A stretch of 64,000 nucleotides of DNA. It comes from Minisyncoccota bacterium (lineage in GTDB: Bacteria > Patescibacteriota > Minisyncoccia > Phycocordibacterales > GWA1-40-21). The notes under the pieces were generated by a model that was not told the origin of the DNA, did not search any database, and saw nothing but the letters and a program-made list of their open reading frames with translations. The position numbers and the translations under genes were made by a program. The number at the start of each line of letters is the position of its first letter. Position 1 is the stretch's first letter. The stretch is taken from assembly GCA_041663045.1 (NCBI GenBank), contig JBAZRH010000001.1, positions 212,403-276,402 of the forward strand. The letters run 5' to 3'. Below, piece after piece: positions 49,609-58,722 of the stretch.

Positions 49609-50148
49609 ATGAATAAAAAAATATTATACATCTTATCTGTCTTGTTTGTGTTTGCATTAGTAGGTGCAACCGGTGTTTATGCCGATGAAAGATCTGACGA
49701 TGAAGAATCAGACAATGCTACTAGCTCAATCGGTGAGCAACATAGAAGTAGAGTTGCTGATTTTGCAGAAGAATTAGAAAAAATTGACGATAAAGATGAT
49801 GCAGTTGAAAATGAAATAAAGACAATTGCTCGTGAAGAAAAAGATACAAGTGAAAGAGTAAAAGAAAAGATGGATAAAGTTGAGAAAAGAAATGGTTTCA
49901 AGATTTTTCTAATAGGTTCAGACTATAAGAATCTTGGGGCTTTAAGAAGCGAGCTAGTATCAACAGAAAACCGTCTAAATAGATTAAATAAAGCTCTTGC
50001 TAAGACAACTAGCTCATCGACTCAAGCCGAGCTACAAACGCAAATCGACGAGCTTACTACAATTAAAACAGAAGCGGATTCTTTTGTTAAAGACAATGAA
50101 AGCAAATTCAGTCTGCTGGGCTGGCTTGTAAGAATGTTTAACAGATAG
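49609..50148 (+). CDS. Secreted charged coiled-coil protein
   Basis: Signal peptide MNKKILYILSVLFVFALVGATGVYA, then acidic and coiled-coil-like sequence. Confidence 0.5.
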   Translation: MNKKILYILSVLFVFALVGATGVYADERSDDEESDNATSSIGEQHRSRVADFAEELEKIDDKDDAVENEIKTIAREEKDTSERVKEKMDKVEKRNGFKIFLIGSDYKNLGALRSELVSTENRLNRLNKALAKTTSSSTQAELQTQIDELTTIKTEADSFVKDNESKFSLLGWLVRMFNR

Positions 50149-50201
50149 AAGGCGGTATTTACTCGGAGGTAGAGCCATGAGGTTATAAAACCCTTATAGT
50201 T

Positions 50202-50399
50202 TTGCTTCGTCTATATCATATGAACAAAATTAAAATAATATGCTCCGTTCTATTAGTACTATTCGGCGTATTTATGTTTGTCTATGGTGAAATAGACGAC
50301 AGCCCTGGAGGGCAAATACTTGGTCTCATAACAGCCATTGTCGGTATTGTGGGTATTGTAAAAAGTAAGAAAAAAGAGCAAGCAACTCAAGGTAAATAG
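50202..50399 (+). CDS. Small two-TM membrane protein (tandem paralog 1)
   Basis: Two hydrophobic helices separated by DDSPGG. The likely start is MNKIKII at 50220. Confidence 0.4.
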   Translation: MLRLYHMNKIKIICSVLLVLFGVFMFVYGEIDDSPGGQILGLITAIVGIVGIVKSKKKEQATQGK

Positions 50400-50427
50400 G
50401 ATTGAGATATCGTGATATAATAAGGTC

Positions 50428-50613
50428 ATGCAAAAAATAGCAACAAAAATATTCGTTATTGCCTCTATCACTTTCGTAATCTTGGGTACTATCATGATAC
50501 TCACTGGAGGACCAGACAAGGGAGGAATAATACAAGAATTATTTTTTATAAACGTATTTATAATACTGTCTTCGTTTGCGCTTAGCGTCGCTGGTAAATA
50601 TCTCAAAAGTTAA
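50428..50613 (+). CDS. Small two-TM membrane protein (tandem paralog 2)
   Basis: 61 aa with two helices separated by GGPDKGG. Its C-terminal 20 aa and 3' nucleotides are shared with the tail fused to the purL fragment at 48541-48610. Confidence 0.45.
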   Translation: MQKIATKIFVIASITFVILGTIMILTGGPDKGGIIQELFFINVFIILSSFALSVAGKYLKS

Positions 50614-50622
50614 AATAACCAT

Positions 50623-51018
50623 ATGAACGCATACAACTGGTACTCGCAACTTATCAAACCATCGTGGTCACCACCGAGCTGGCTTTTTGGCCCTGTGTGG
50701 ACTTTTCTTTATGTCTTAATTGCACTTTCATTTGGTAAGGTATTCTTGATGGCCTTTAGAAAAGAGATTACTTTGATTGTTGTCTTGCCCTTCGTTCTAA
50801 ACCTGATTTTTAACTTTGCGTTTACATCGTTGCAATTTGGACTCAAAGATAATCTTTTGGCTTCAATAGATATCTTGCTTGTTCTCGGCACACTCATCTG
50901 GGCAATGGTGGCTATTTATCCACACGCCCGTTGGGTTGCCTATATACAAATACCATATTTACTCTGGGTTTCATTTGCTACAGTTTTACAAATAACCATT
51001 ACTTATTTGAATAGATAA
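50623..51018 (+). CDS. TspO/MBR (tryptophan-rich sensory protein) family membrane protein, short form
   Basis: 131 aa. LIKPSWSPPSWLFGPVWTFLY signature and several Trp-containing TM helices. Confidence 0.65.
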   Translation: MNAYNWYSQLIKPSWSPPSWLFGPVWTFLYVLIALSFGKVFLMAFRKEITLIVVLPFVLNLIFNFAFTSLQFGLKDNLLASIDILLVLGTLIWAMVAIYPHARWVAYIQIPYLLWVSFATVLQITITYLNR

Positions 51019-51125
51019 GTGGCGCGCTATCTTTACTGGCACGAAACTCGGCTTTCGAATTTTCGCTAAAAAATATGGCTTTCGTTCGGTTGTAATAATA
51101 TTATATTTGAATCGTCATTTATGGT

Positions 51126-51389
51126 ATGAAGACTAAGAAAAAAATCAAAGTGGCTGCAAAAAATGTAGCAAAAAAGGCTAAATTATTAGTCGGCAAAGCA
51201 AACGCAAAGACGAGAAAGGCTGTCAGATCGCTCAAGAAAGAATGGAAAAAAGGAAGACCTCATCGTAAGGAATATGAGAAAGAACTAAAGAACGCAGTGA
51301 ATCTGGTTTCAAAAGATGTAATAAGGATAGGTACTGACGTAATAAATACAATTAGAGACGATATCCGCAAGGTTAAGCGTAAAAATTAG
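51126..51389 (+). CDS. Small highly basic (Lys-rich) protein
   Basis: 87 aa, more than 30% Lys/Arg, predicted helical. Function unknown. Confidence 0.4.
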   Translation: MKTKKKIKVAAKNVAKKAKLLVGKANAKTRKAVRSLKKEWKKGRPHRKEYEKELKNAVNLVSKDVIRIGTDVINTIRDDIRKVKRKN

Positions 51390-51429
51390 AGCTATAATTT
51401 ATTAGTTATTATTAGTTAATCTAAAATAT

Positions 51430-51594
51430 ATGGAAAAAAACACAATTTTGGTAGTTAGTATTATTTTGCTTGTTCTCGGAGTAATCGGCCTTGTGTCGAG
51501 CTTCTCAACTTTTTTGATGTGGGCACTTGTAATACTTGGTATAATCGGTTTGGTTTGGGGATGGTTTAATAAAGGTAAAGAGATTTCTAAATAA
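51430..51594 (+). CDS. Small two-TM membrane protein (54 aa, below the ORF-track cutoff)
   Basis: ATG at 51430. MEKNTILVVSIILLVLGVIGLVSSFSTFLMWALVILGIIGLVWGWFNKGKEISK. The antisense ORF 51402-51611 in the track is rejected in its favour. Confidence 0.4.
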   Translation: MEKNTILVVSIILLVLGVIGLVSSFSTFLMWALVILGIIGLVWGWFNKGKEISK

Positions 51595-51657
51595 TAGATT
51601 AATACTTTCATAAGCTATTATCTGTAATAACGTAAAGTAGTTAAAAAATATATATAA

Positions 51658-52206
51658 ATGAGCTTTGTAGAAATAATTACAACCATAATACTAATCTCAT
51701 CAATTAGTATAGGAATTATTGTATATAGGTCATATCGACTCTTTCAACAGCAACAGCACATGAATGACTTGTTACTACATATTGATAGTAAGTTAAATAG
51801 TTTAAATTACCTGGAACGCATAAATAGACAACTTGAAGAAGTAATCGAAAGAGAAGACAATAAAACCCCAATCACCACCACCCTAATGACTCTGGATGGG
51901 GCCAAAGAGTTTGTGGATGTAAGCGCATTACTAACAAAGAACACAAAAGAAGACGCCGACCTACTAGCGAAAACAACAAAAGCAGACTCGGATTTACTAG
52001 CAAAGATAACAAAAGCATCAGCAGACTCATTGGCGGAAGAGACAAAAGCATCTGCTGATATACTAGCAGAAGAGACAAAAAAATCGGCTGAAGAACTCAT
52101 AAAAAGTAATGAGGTATATATAGGTTGGACGAAATGGATGACTATGACGTTGATCTTAGTTGGTCTTGCCCAAATGATAATTGCCATTATTCCTCTAATT
52201 AAATAA
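51658..52206 (+). CDS. Membrane-anchored protein with five tandem 11-aa repeats
   Basis: N-terminal and C-terminal TM helices. The central repeats are TKEDADLLAKT, TKADSDLLAKI, TKASADSLAEE, TKASADILAEE, TKKSAEELIKS. Confidence 0.5.
   Translation: MSFVEIITTIILISSISIGIIVYRSYRLFQQQQHMNDLLLHIDSKLNSLNYLERINRQLEEVIEREDNKTPITTTLMTLDGAKEFVDVSALLTKNTKEDADLLAKTTKADSDLLAKITKASADSLAEETKASADILAEETKKSAEELIKSNEVYIGWTKWMTMTLILVGLAQMIIAIIPLIK
51943..52107 (+). repeat. Five tandem 33-nt repeats (coding)
   Basis: Units beginning acaaaag(a/c)a... at 51943, 51976, 52009, 52042 and 52075. Degenerate but in phase. Confidence 0.7.
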
Positions 52207-52241
52207 TAATCCCGTCCCAAGGTCATGATATACTTCTATAT

Positions 52242-53078
52242 ATGAATAAACAAAAAGGCTTCTTAGTCCCCCTTGCGATTGTGGTCATAGCACTACTGGT
52301 GATTGGTAGCGGTGTTTATGTTTACAAGAATAAAAGAACTATAAACCCTCCAGTGGCTTGCACGATGGAAGCCAAGATCTGCCCTGATGGTTCCGCAGTA
52401 GGACGCATAGGACCAAAATGCGAATTCGCTCCCTGCCCTACAGATATAATATCCGAGAGACAAGGAAAATTCGATAAAACTATTTCAATAAAAATAAAAG
52501 ACAAAATTGTATTCTCTGATGGTTTATCTATAATACTCGAAGAAATAAATGACTCTCGTTGCAAACCAGATGTTCAATGTTTTTGGCAAGGAGAGCTTTC
52601 GGCATTATTTAGTATAAATAAAGATGGCTATTCAAAAGAAATCCGACTCGGTACTGTAAATAATAAAAAAACTAGCTCGCAAGGTTATACTTTCTCTCTA
52701 GAATTTGCCACGGAGGATACCGCGACGATTATTGTCTCTGTGAATTCAATAAGTGACAATGCAAGCGGTATAAATGGGTATTTACATTTGGGTCCTGTAT
52801 GCCCAGTGATGCGTATTCCCCCAGATCCGAATTGTGCTGATAAGCCTTTTGTAAATGCAGAAGTGGATATTACTGCCAAAGATAGTGGTATCTTGGTAAA
52901 GAGTATTAAATCTGATACAAACGGACATTTCAATGTAAATATTGCACCGGGAATATATATAATTAAGATTACGCCAGACAATGGTGGCTTCCTGCCAAGA
53001 TGCGAACAAAAAGAAATTGTCGTAGTGGCAAATAGATCTACAGATTCAGATATATCCTGCGATACCGGTATCCGTTGA
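52242..53078 (+). CDS. Secreted Cys-containing protein with a C-terminal beta-sandwich (carboxypeptidase-regulatory-like) region
   Basis: Signal anchor LVPLAIVVIALLVIGSGVYVY and paired cysteines. SDTNGHFNVNIAPGIYIIKITPDNG resembles a CarbopepD_reg-like fold. Confidence 0.45.
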   Translation: MNKQKGFLVPLAIVVIALLVIGSGVYVYKNKRTINPPVACTMEAKICPDGSAVGRIGPKCEFAPCPTDIISERQGKFDKTISIKIKDKIVFSDGLSIILEEINDSRCKPDVQCFWQGELSALFSINKDGYSKEIRLGTVNNKKTSSQGYTFSLEFATEDTATIIVSVNSISDNASGINGYLHLGPVCPVMRIPPDPNCADKPFVNAEVDITAKDSGILVKSIKSDTNGHFNVNIAPGIYIIKITPDNGGFLPRCEQKEIVVVANRSTDSDISCDTGIR

Positions 53079-53191
53079 TATCCGAGAATACTCCCCTGGC
53101 GAATAATAATAGGGTGTGTTATACTAGAAGGCAGTGTTAAGACACGGGAACATCGTCGAAGTTTCAAATAAAATAATTTTAAAATCACATC

Positions 53192-53389
53192 ATGACAGGA
53201 ACAATCAAAGCTCTTATAGAGAAAGGATTTGGATTCATTGCTCGCGAAGGCGAAACAAAGGATCTTTTCTTTCATTCTAAAGAACTTGTCGGTGTTACAT
53301 TTGCTGATCTAAGAATCGGTGACACCGTCACTTTTGAAGTTGTTGAGACCGAAAAGGGTCCTTCAGCTACAAAAGTATCAAGAGCATAA
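53192..53389 (+). CDS. Cold-shock protein (CspA family)
   Basis: 65 aa. GTIKALIEKGFGFIAREG...DLFFH RNP motifs. Confidence 0.9.
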   Translation: MTGTIKALIEKGFGFIAREGETKDLFFHSKELVGVTFADLRIGDTVTFEVVETEKGPSATKVSRA

Positions 53390-53408
53390 TAGCTTAAAAA
53401 CACCCTCG

Positions 53409-53447
53409 TCTGCCGTTTGGCAGACGAGGGTGTTTTTTGATATAATC
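53409..53447 (+). terminator. Rho-independent terminator
   Basis: acaccctcgtctgcc-gtt-tggcagacgagggtgt followed by TTTTT. Confidence 0.85.
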
Positions 53448-53452
53448 TTGTT

Positions 53453-53764
53453 ATGTTAGAAGAAGGACAAAACACAAGAAGGGATATACCGAAGATGCTT
53501 GAAAGACTTGATGTAAAGATCAGGAACGGTTTTCAGATTAGATTGATGAAAATGATGTTGGAAAATGAAAATCCAAATGAAACAGAACAATATGAATGGG
53601 CAGAAAGATATCACAAAGATGTAAGCGATATAATAGATGATACAAGTAATACTCAAATACGGTACTTGATTAGCCAAGGGGAACAATTTCCTGAAAGATA
53701 CGCCGAGGCCGCAAGGTTGGTAATAGCAATATTGAACCATCAAGAGATTCCTATTGCTGCTTGA
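53453..53764 (+). CDS. Hypothetical protein
   Basis: 103 aa, acidic, no recognisable domain. Confidence 0.4.
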   Translation: MLEEGQNTRRDIPKMLERLDVKIRNGFQIRLMKMMLENENPNETEQYEWAERYHKDVSDIIDDTSNTQIRYLISQGEQFPERYAEAARLVIAILNHQEIPIAA

Positions 53765-53789
53765 CAAAAAATATAGCTTGGTGTAAGAT
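53761..53789 (+). promoter_or_regulatory. Sigma-70-like promoter
   Basis: TTGACA (53761-53766), a 17-nt spacer, then TAAGAT (53784-53789). Confidence 0.55.
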
Positions 53790-53795
53790 AGTAGG

Positions 53796-53955
53796 CGGAG
53801 CTGTGGTGGTCACTTTGGTAGTGTCCGGGTGCAACCTATGGGGTTCCTCACCCCGACCTCCTTGGCGCTCGGACTCGAACAGCAGTGATCCCACGGCTCC
53901 CTATTCTCTCTTTTCGAGATGGTAGAACCCACAACAGGTGTTTGTGGGTTTTTTG
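53796..53955 (+). ncRNA. Candidate structured small RNA or cis-regulatory leader (family unassigned)
   Basis: GC-rich 160-nt segment between a consensus promoter and the intrinsic terminator aacccacaacaggtgtttgtgggtt + TTTTT. The 5' GGAGCUGUGGUGGUCACU pairs with the 3' AGUGAUCCCACGGCUCC to close a domain of about 105 nt containing a GGGG-UUCCUCA-CCCC hairpin. No ORF. Confidence 0.45.
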
Positions 53956-54004
53956 TTGGCTAAAAGATGATATAATATAAATGTTATAAATTTAATATTA
54001 ATAT

Positions 54005-54292
54005 ATGGGATTTTTTAGTGATGACACAAAACCAAGAGTAACTAAGGAAGAATTTCAAAAAGTGAGAGGCTCTCTTTCTGCAAATGGTTTTACTTTAAAA
54101 GAAATTAATAGGGTGGAAGAGATATTTCGTGGAGACATGTATGAGGAAAGAGAAAAAGATAAGGGGGTGGATGAATTTGAACTACAAAATACAATAGCTT
54201 GGATGAGAGCAAATATGAGTAAACATAATTTGTCCGAACCGAAAATAGCAATATTGGAAAGAGAAATGATAGAGAGAATAAATCATTTATAA
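54005..54292 (+). CDS. Hypothetical protein
   Basis: 95 aa, helical and charged. Begins 50 nt after the candidate RNA's terminator. Confidence 0.4.
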   Translation: MGFFSDDTKPRVTKEEFQKVRGSLSANGFTLKEINRVEEIFRGDMYEEREKDKGVDEFELQNTIAWMRANMSKHNLSEPKIAILEREMIERINHL

Positions 54293-54308
54293 ATCACGAA
54301 GATGGTCT

Positions 54309-54338
54309 GGGGCGCGGGCTTTGCCCGCGCCCTTTTCC
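54309..54338 (+). terminator. Rho-independent terminator
   Basis: ggggcgcgggc-ttt-gcccgcgccc followed by TTTTCC. Confidence 0.75.
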
Positions 54339-54384
54339 GTGCTAATATTCCCCCCGGAACAAAAGTTCTAGAAAGGAGGTATGA

Positions 54385-54684
54385 ATGATAAATTCAAAGA
54401 ATAGTGACAAAAGTTTCTGGCAATTATTTCTGGAATGGCAACATTTAAGAAAAGATAAACATTTTGATACTGCCAGAAAGAGACAGTTGGAAGAAAAACT
54501 TGAAGGGTATCTGATTGATACGTTAAATTTGAGACAAGAGCTCTTCATGGCATGGAGACTTACTCCGGTGAATGAACCACTCAAAGAAGCCTTCGCAAGG
54601 AGACTAGAACACACACAGATTCTTGAAGAAGAGCGTCAGCATACGTTTGATTGTGAAAGTGGTGAATTCTACGACCTTCCATAG
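54385..54684 (+). CDS. Hypothetical protein
   Basis: AAAGGAGG sits 5 nt upstream of the ATG. 99 aa with no recognisable domain. Confidence 0.45.
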   Translation: MINSKNSDKSFWQLFLEWQHLRKDKHFDTARKRQLEEKLEGYLIDTLNLRQELFMAWRLTPVNEPLKEAFARRLEHTQILEEERQHTFDCESGEFYDLP

Positions 54685-54685
54685 T

Positions 54686-54718
54686 AGCCCCGAAATATTT
54701 TCGGGGCTACCTTTTTAC
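54686..54718. terminator. Bidirectional terminator between convergent genes
   Basis: agccccgaaa-tatt-ttcggggct with a T-run after it and an A-run on the opposite strand. Confidence 0.75.
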
Positions 54719-55887
54719 CCCAGAATTTTTCTAGTATCTTCAGCTATCTGCTTCATTTCATTTGTCTTTACTACTTCAACCCTTATCCTTGAATCATCAG
54801 TAGATATGGCGGTATTTAATCTATCTGTATCTTCATTCTTCTTTTCATCAAGTTTAATCCCAAAAGCATCAAGACCATTGCAAATCCTTTGCCTCATCTT
54901 AAACGATCTCTCACCCACTGTACCGGAAAAGACAAGTAAATCCAAACCACCAAGCGCGGCTACATATGCCCCGATTTGTTTTTGTATTCTATAGGCATAA
55001 ATATCCAAAGCATTTTTTACATCAGTATTTTCATTCTCCACCTTAAATAATTCACGAACATCATCACTCTTACCAGACAAACCAAGAAGACCGCATTTTT
55101 TATTTAAATATTGTCTTAACTTTGTCCCTTTCAAACCCAGAACTTCCGAAAGATAAGCCACTGCGCCAGAATCGATATCTCCAACCCTTGTCGCCATCAC
55201 CATACCTTCAAGTGGAGTAAAACCCATGCTTGTATCTATACTTTTTCCATTTTTTAGTGCAGTAATACTCACACCACCACCCACATGACAAACGATCATT
55301 TTTTCAGCCATCTTTCCCGTCTCTTTCAGTTTATTTACAATAGAACCAAGGGATATACCATGATATCCATATCTATAAATTTCATATTCTTTAGAGTCAG
55401 AAAGTGGAATTGCATAAAATCTAGATTTATCTGGCATCCCTGTGTGAAAAGCACTATCGGAAACTCCAACAATCGGTACACTCTTACCAAAAAATTTTAA
55501 TAGCTTTTTGATTTCAGCCGAGATAGCCTCAATATGAAGAGGTGCTTTCTCCCCTGCGTTTTTTATATTTTTCAAAAACTCTTTATCTATAATATGATTC
55601 TGTTCAAAATAAACTCCTGGAGCTACGACTCTAATACCTACTCCAAAAATATCTTCTTTTGATAAAATAAATGTCTTTTTAATTAGAATAGAGACTAAAT
55701 AATCTAGTGATTTTTCAAATTCCCTGCTTGTAATTTTGGACTTTTCACTACCACTGTCACAAACAAATGTGGAAATATACTCACCATTTTCTGTCTCAAT
55801 ATGTAAAAAGGCGGCCTCTTTATCTCCCACAAATAAAGAATATTTTTTTGACGCACTACCTGTATTTACAATTAAATATTTATGCAT
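54715..55887 (-). CDS. ackA: Acetate kinase
   Basis: 390 aa. N-terminal LIVNTGSASKKYSLF and the acetokinase signature regions VVHLGGGSS-like (CHVGGGVSI). Confidence 0.9.
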   Translation of the reverse strand: MHKYLIVNTGSASKKYSLFVGDKEAAFLHIETENGEYISTFVCDSGSEKSKITSREFEKSLDYLVSILIKKTFILSKEDIFGVGIRVVAPGVYFEQNHIIDKEFLKNIKNAGEKAPLHIEAISAEIKKLLKFFGKSVPIVGVSDSAFHTGMPDKSRFYAIPLSDSKEYEIYRYGYHGISLGSIVNKLKETGKMAEKMIVCHVGGGVSITALKNGKSIDTSMGFTPLEGMVMATRVGDIDSGAVAYLSEVLGLKGTKLRQYLNKKCGLLGLSGKSDDVRELFKVENENTDVKNALDIYAYRIQKQIGAYVAALGGLDLLVFSGTVGERSFKMRQRICNGLDAFGIKLDEKKNEDTDRLNTAISTDDSRIRVEVVKTNEMKQIAEDTRKILG

Positions 55888-55910
55888 TCGGTTTAATTTA
55901 AATTAATAAT

Positions 55911-58271
55911 TTATCTCCAAGTCCACTTATCTATCTCTTCTGGATCAGCACCTTTTTCTTTTATATAATCTAGAGTATTCTTCGTCTTTTGCCTGTAAAG
56001 TTCTATGATTCTGGCTGCTTTGCTCTCCTCCACTACTCCTTTCGCAGAAAGCTTTTCAAGTGCTTCCATAAGCAAAGTATATCTGTCGGTACCATTTCTC
56101 ACATGTAAATCAAACGGTGTTGTCGTAGAACCACTTTCTAAATATCCGTGTACAGAAAATCTATCTTTTGCATTTTGATAATCAAAAAGTGATTGTTTAA
56201 GAGTTTCTGGATATCCATGAAAATTAAATATTACCGGCTTATCTTTTGTAAAATATTCATCAAATTTCTCATCACTCATTTTGGTGATAGAACTCCCGAT
56301 TGTATTTGGCGAAAGCTCCACAATATTTATAAATCGTGCTTTCGCCTCCGGTGCCTCTTTTTTAAGTAAACTAATGGCAGCTAGGGTTTCTTTCACAAGA
56401 TACTGTCCACAGGCAGAGAAAATAATGTCTGGATTTTCCGAGCTTACAAAATCCCAAATAGAAAGTCCGTCAGCGATTTCCTTTTGCGCTTGTGCTTGTG
56501 TGAGCCAAATATTTTCTATTGTCTTTTCAGCAACAATTATATTTATCTCATTTCTTGACTTAAGAGACTTCTTCATTATCTCTACCGCTTCATTGCCATC
56601 TGCCGGAAAATATACATTTATAAAGTCATTGTGTTTTTGTAAAAGACCGTCTATAAAACCAGGATTTTGATGTGAAAAACCATTGTGTTCTTGCCTCCAG
56701 CCACTTGAGGTCAAAAGGTATGTAAGCGAGGGTACATCGCCCCTCCAGGCCGTCTTTCTTGCGATTTTAAGGAACTTACTGTACTGGTCCGCCATACTTG
56801 TCACTATTGGCACAAAAGCCTCGTAGGAAGCAAAAATAGCGAATCTGCCACTAAGCGTATATCCCTGTGATAGGCCCTGCATGGAGTGTTCTGAAAGCAT
56901 CTCTATTACACGACCATCTCTGGCAAAATCTGAATCCCACTCAAAGAGTGGCCCCATGAAAGTCCTCTTCGTAACAGTAAAGATATCTTGTAGACGATTC
57001 GAGTATGTCTCGTCTGGTGAAAAAAGTCTGATATTTCTTTTTTCTTTGTTTAGCTTCATTACCTCGGCTAAATATGCACCGATTTTTCTCATTGAACTTA
57101 TTTGTTTTTCTCCTGGATATAGAATCTTTTCTTCAAAACTCGCTGTCTCTGGCAAAATAAGTCCACGTGAAATATCACCTTTCTTTATTCCCATTGTTAC
57201 TGGATTATCCCCCATTCTCAGATTTTCTTTAGGAATATTTTCAATAATTTCTTTTGTAAAACCGGTTTCTGGGTTGAAAAGTTCTTCAAATTTGTAAGAC
57301 TTGAGCCATTTTGCTATAGCTTTCAATTCAACTTTATTTGTTTTTGCATCTTTACCAACAACCTGATGTGAAAGACTATTCCCCTCTATTTTCTGTCCTT
57401 CAAGTTCTTTGATACCAGTCCAACCCTTTGGCGTCTTCACAATAATCATCGGAAATCTTGCAAAATATGTATCGGTTTTTTCTGTACCTTCTCTCGCTTC
57501 TCTTTGTATTTTTATAATAGACGCGTACGCTTTATCTAAAGCCTTTACCATTTTTCTGTAAACTATTTCACCCTTGCCTTCCACAATAATAGGGTCGTAA
57601 CCATAACCTTTGAAAAGCGCTCGCAAATCTTTATTATTCATTCTGCCAAATATCGTCGGGCCGGAAATTTTATATCCATTTAAATGTAAAATCGGAAGTA
57701 CCGCGCCGTTGTGTGCAGGATCGATAAATTTATTTAAGTGCCATGCTGTAGCAAGCGGACCAGTTTCCGCTTCGCCATCTCCGATAAGACAAGTTGCTAT
57801 AAGACTTGGATTATCAAGCACTGCTCCATAGGCGGTTGAAAGTGAATATCCAAGCTCTCCACCTTCAAGTATTACGCCGGGAGTTATCGGACTTGAATGA
57901 CTTGGAAACCCATAAGGCCAACTAAATTGTTTTGAAAAATAAGAAATGCCTTTCTCGTCTTTTGTCGCATCAGCATAATATTTACCAAGTGTTCCCTCAA
58001 GAAAAAGATTGGCTTGCAAAGCCGGAAATCCGTGACCTGGGCCTAAAAGAAACATCATATTTGTGCCGGTCTTATTTATCAGATTGTTGAGACATGCGTA
58101 AACAAAATTTATCCCTGGACATGTGCCCCAGTGCCCTAAAAGTCGAGGTTTGATATCATCAAAAGTCAGTTTATTATCAAGTAAGAAATTACTCTGTAAA
58201 TATATCTGAGTAACCGTGAGGTAGTTGGTAGTTCTTACGTACTTTTTAATTCTCTCTACTTCCTGATTCAT
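55911..58271 (-). CDS. xfp: Xylulose-5-phosphate/fructose-6-phosphate phosphoketolase
   Basis: 786 aa. LLGHWGTCPGINFVYACLN matches the phosphoketolase signature. TPP-binding GDGEAETG. Co-oriented with ackA. Confidence 0.9.
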   Translation of the reverse strand: MNQEVERIKKYVRTTNYLTVTQIYLQSNFLLDNKLTFDDIKPRLLGHWGTCPGINFVYACLNNLINKTGTNMMFLLGPGHGFPALQANLFLEGTLGKYYADATKDEKGISYFSKQFSWPYGFPSHSSPITPGVILEGGELGYSLSTAYGAVLDNPSLIATCLIGDGEAETGPLATAWHLNKFIDPAHNGAVLPILHLNGYKISGPTIFGRMNNKDLRALFKGYGYDPIIVEGKGEIVYRKMVKALDKAYASIIKIQREAREGTEKTDTYFARFPMIIVKTPKGWTGIKELEGQKIEGNSLSHQVVGKDAKTNKVELKAIAKWLKSYKFEELFNPETGFTKEIIENIPKENLRMGDNPVTMGIKKGDISRGLILPETASFEEKILYPGEKQISSMRKIGAYLAEVMKLNKEKRNIRLFSPDETYSNRLQDIFTVTKRTFMGPLFEWDSDFARDGRVIEMLSEHSMQGLSQGYTLSGRFAIFASYEAFVPIVTSMADQYSKFLKIARKTAWRGDVPSLTYLLTSSGWRQEHNGFSHQNPGFIDGLLQKHNDFINVYFPADGNEAVEIMKKSLKSRNEINIIVAEKTIENIWLTQAQAQKEIADGLSIWDFVSSENPDIIFSACGQYLVKETLAAISLLKKEAPEAKARFINIVELSPNTIGSSITKMSDEKFDEYFTKDKPVIFNFHGYPETLKQSLFDYQNAKDRFSVHGYLESGSTTTPFDLHVRNGTDRYTLLMEALEKLSAKGVVEESKAARIIELYRQKTKNTLDYIKEKGADPEEIDKWTWR

Positions 58272-58376
58272 ACTGAATATTATATCAAATTTTTATAAAA
58301 ATTTCGCTCTGTTGACTTTTATAAAAAAGACTATAATATTGGCGAGGAAAAATCACTTCAACAAAAAGGAGAAAAA

Positions 58377-58709
58377 GTGAAAGTTCTATATATTGATGAT
58401 GACGAATCGGTATGTGATATAATAATGAGGATGGCAAAAGAAGGACGACCAGATCTGGAGATACTTACAACCAGTATCATCGGTGAGGTGTTTGGAATTG
58501 TCAAAGACAATCTGGACATCAAAACCGTCATTATGGACGGTTCTATGGCAGATCACCCGAAGCTAATTGCCGAGATCAAAAAGGTTTTACCAGAAGACAC
58601 ACAGTTTATCGGAGTATCTTGCAATTCAGATTTGCTCAAGAAATTGGACAAAGCTGGTTGTGATAAAGTACACGATGAAAAAAGGACTGTCCTGCGTCTC
58701 GTCGGGTAG
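58377..58709 (+). CDS. Receiver-like (CheY-fold) single-domain protein, possibly degenerate
   Basis: 110 aa. VLYIDDDES acidic start and a VIMDGSM candidate Asp. No downstream Lys motif is evident. Confidence 0.4.
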   Translation: MKVLYIDDDESVCDIIMRMAKEGRPDLEILTTSIIGEVFGIVKDNLDIKTVIMDGSMADHPKLIAEIKKVLPEDTQFIGVSCNSDLLKKLDKAGCDKVHDEKRTVLRLVG

Positions 58710-58722
58710 AACCCAGACCACG

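Noticed and set aside
51402-51611. 69-aa minus-strand ORF
   Set aside because: It is antisense to a more plausible 54-aa two-TM ORF on the plus strand (51430-51594), which has a hydrophobic profile matching neighbouring small membrane proteins.
53796-53955. Assignment of the structured RNA candidate to SRP (4.5S) RNA or to a specific riboswitch class
   Set aside because: It lacks the SRP domain IV consensus. Resemblance to ZTP/ykkC motifs is too weak to call by eye. Left as an unassigned ncRNA candidate.
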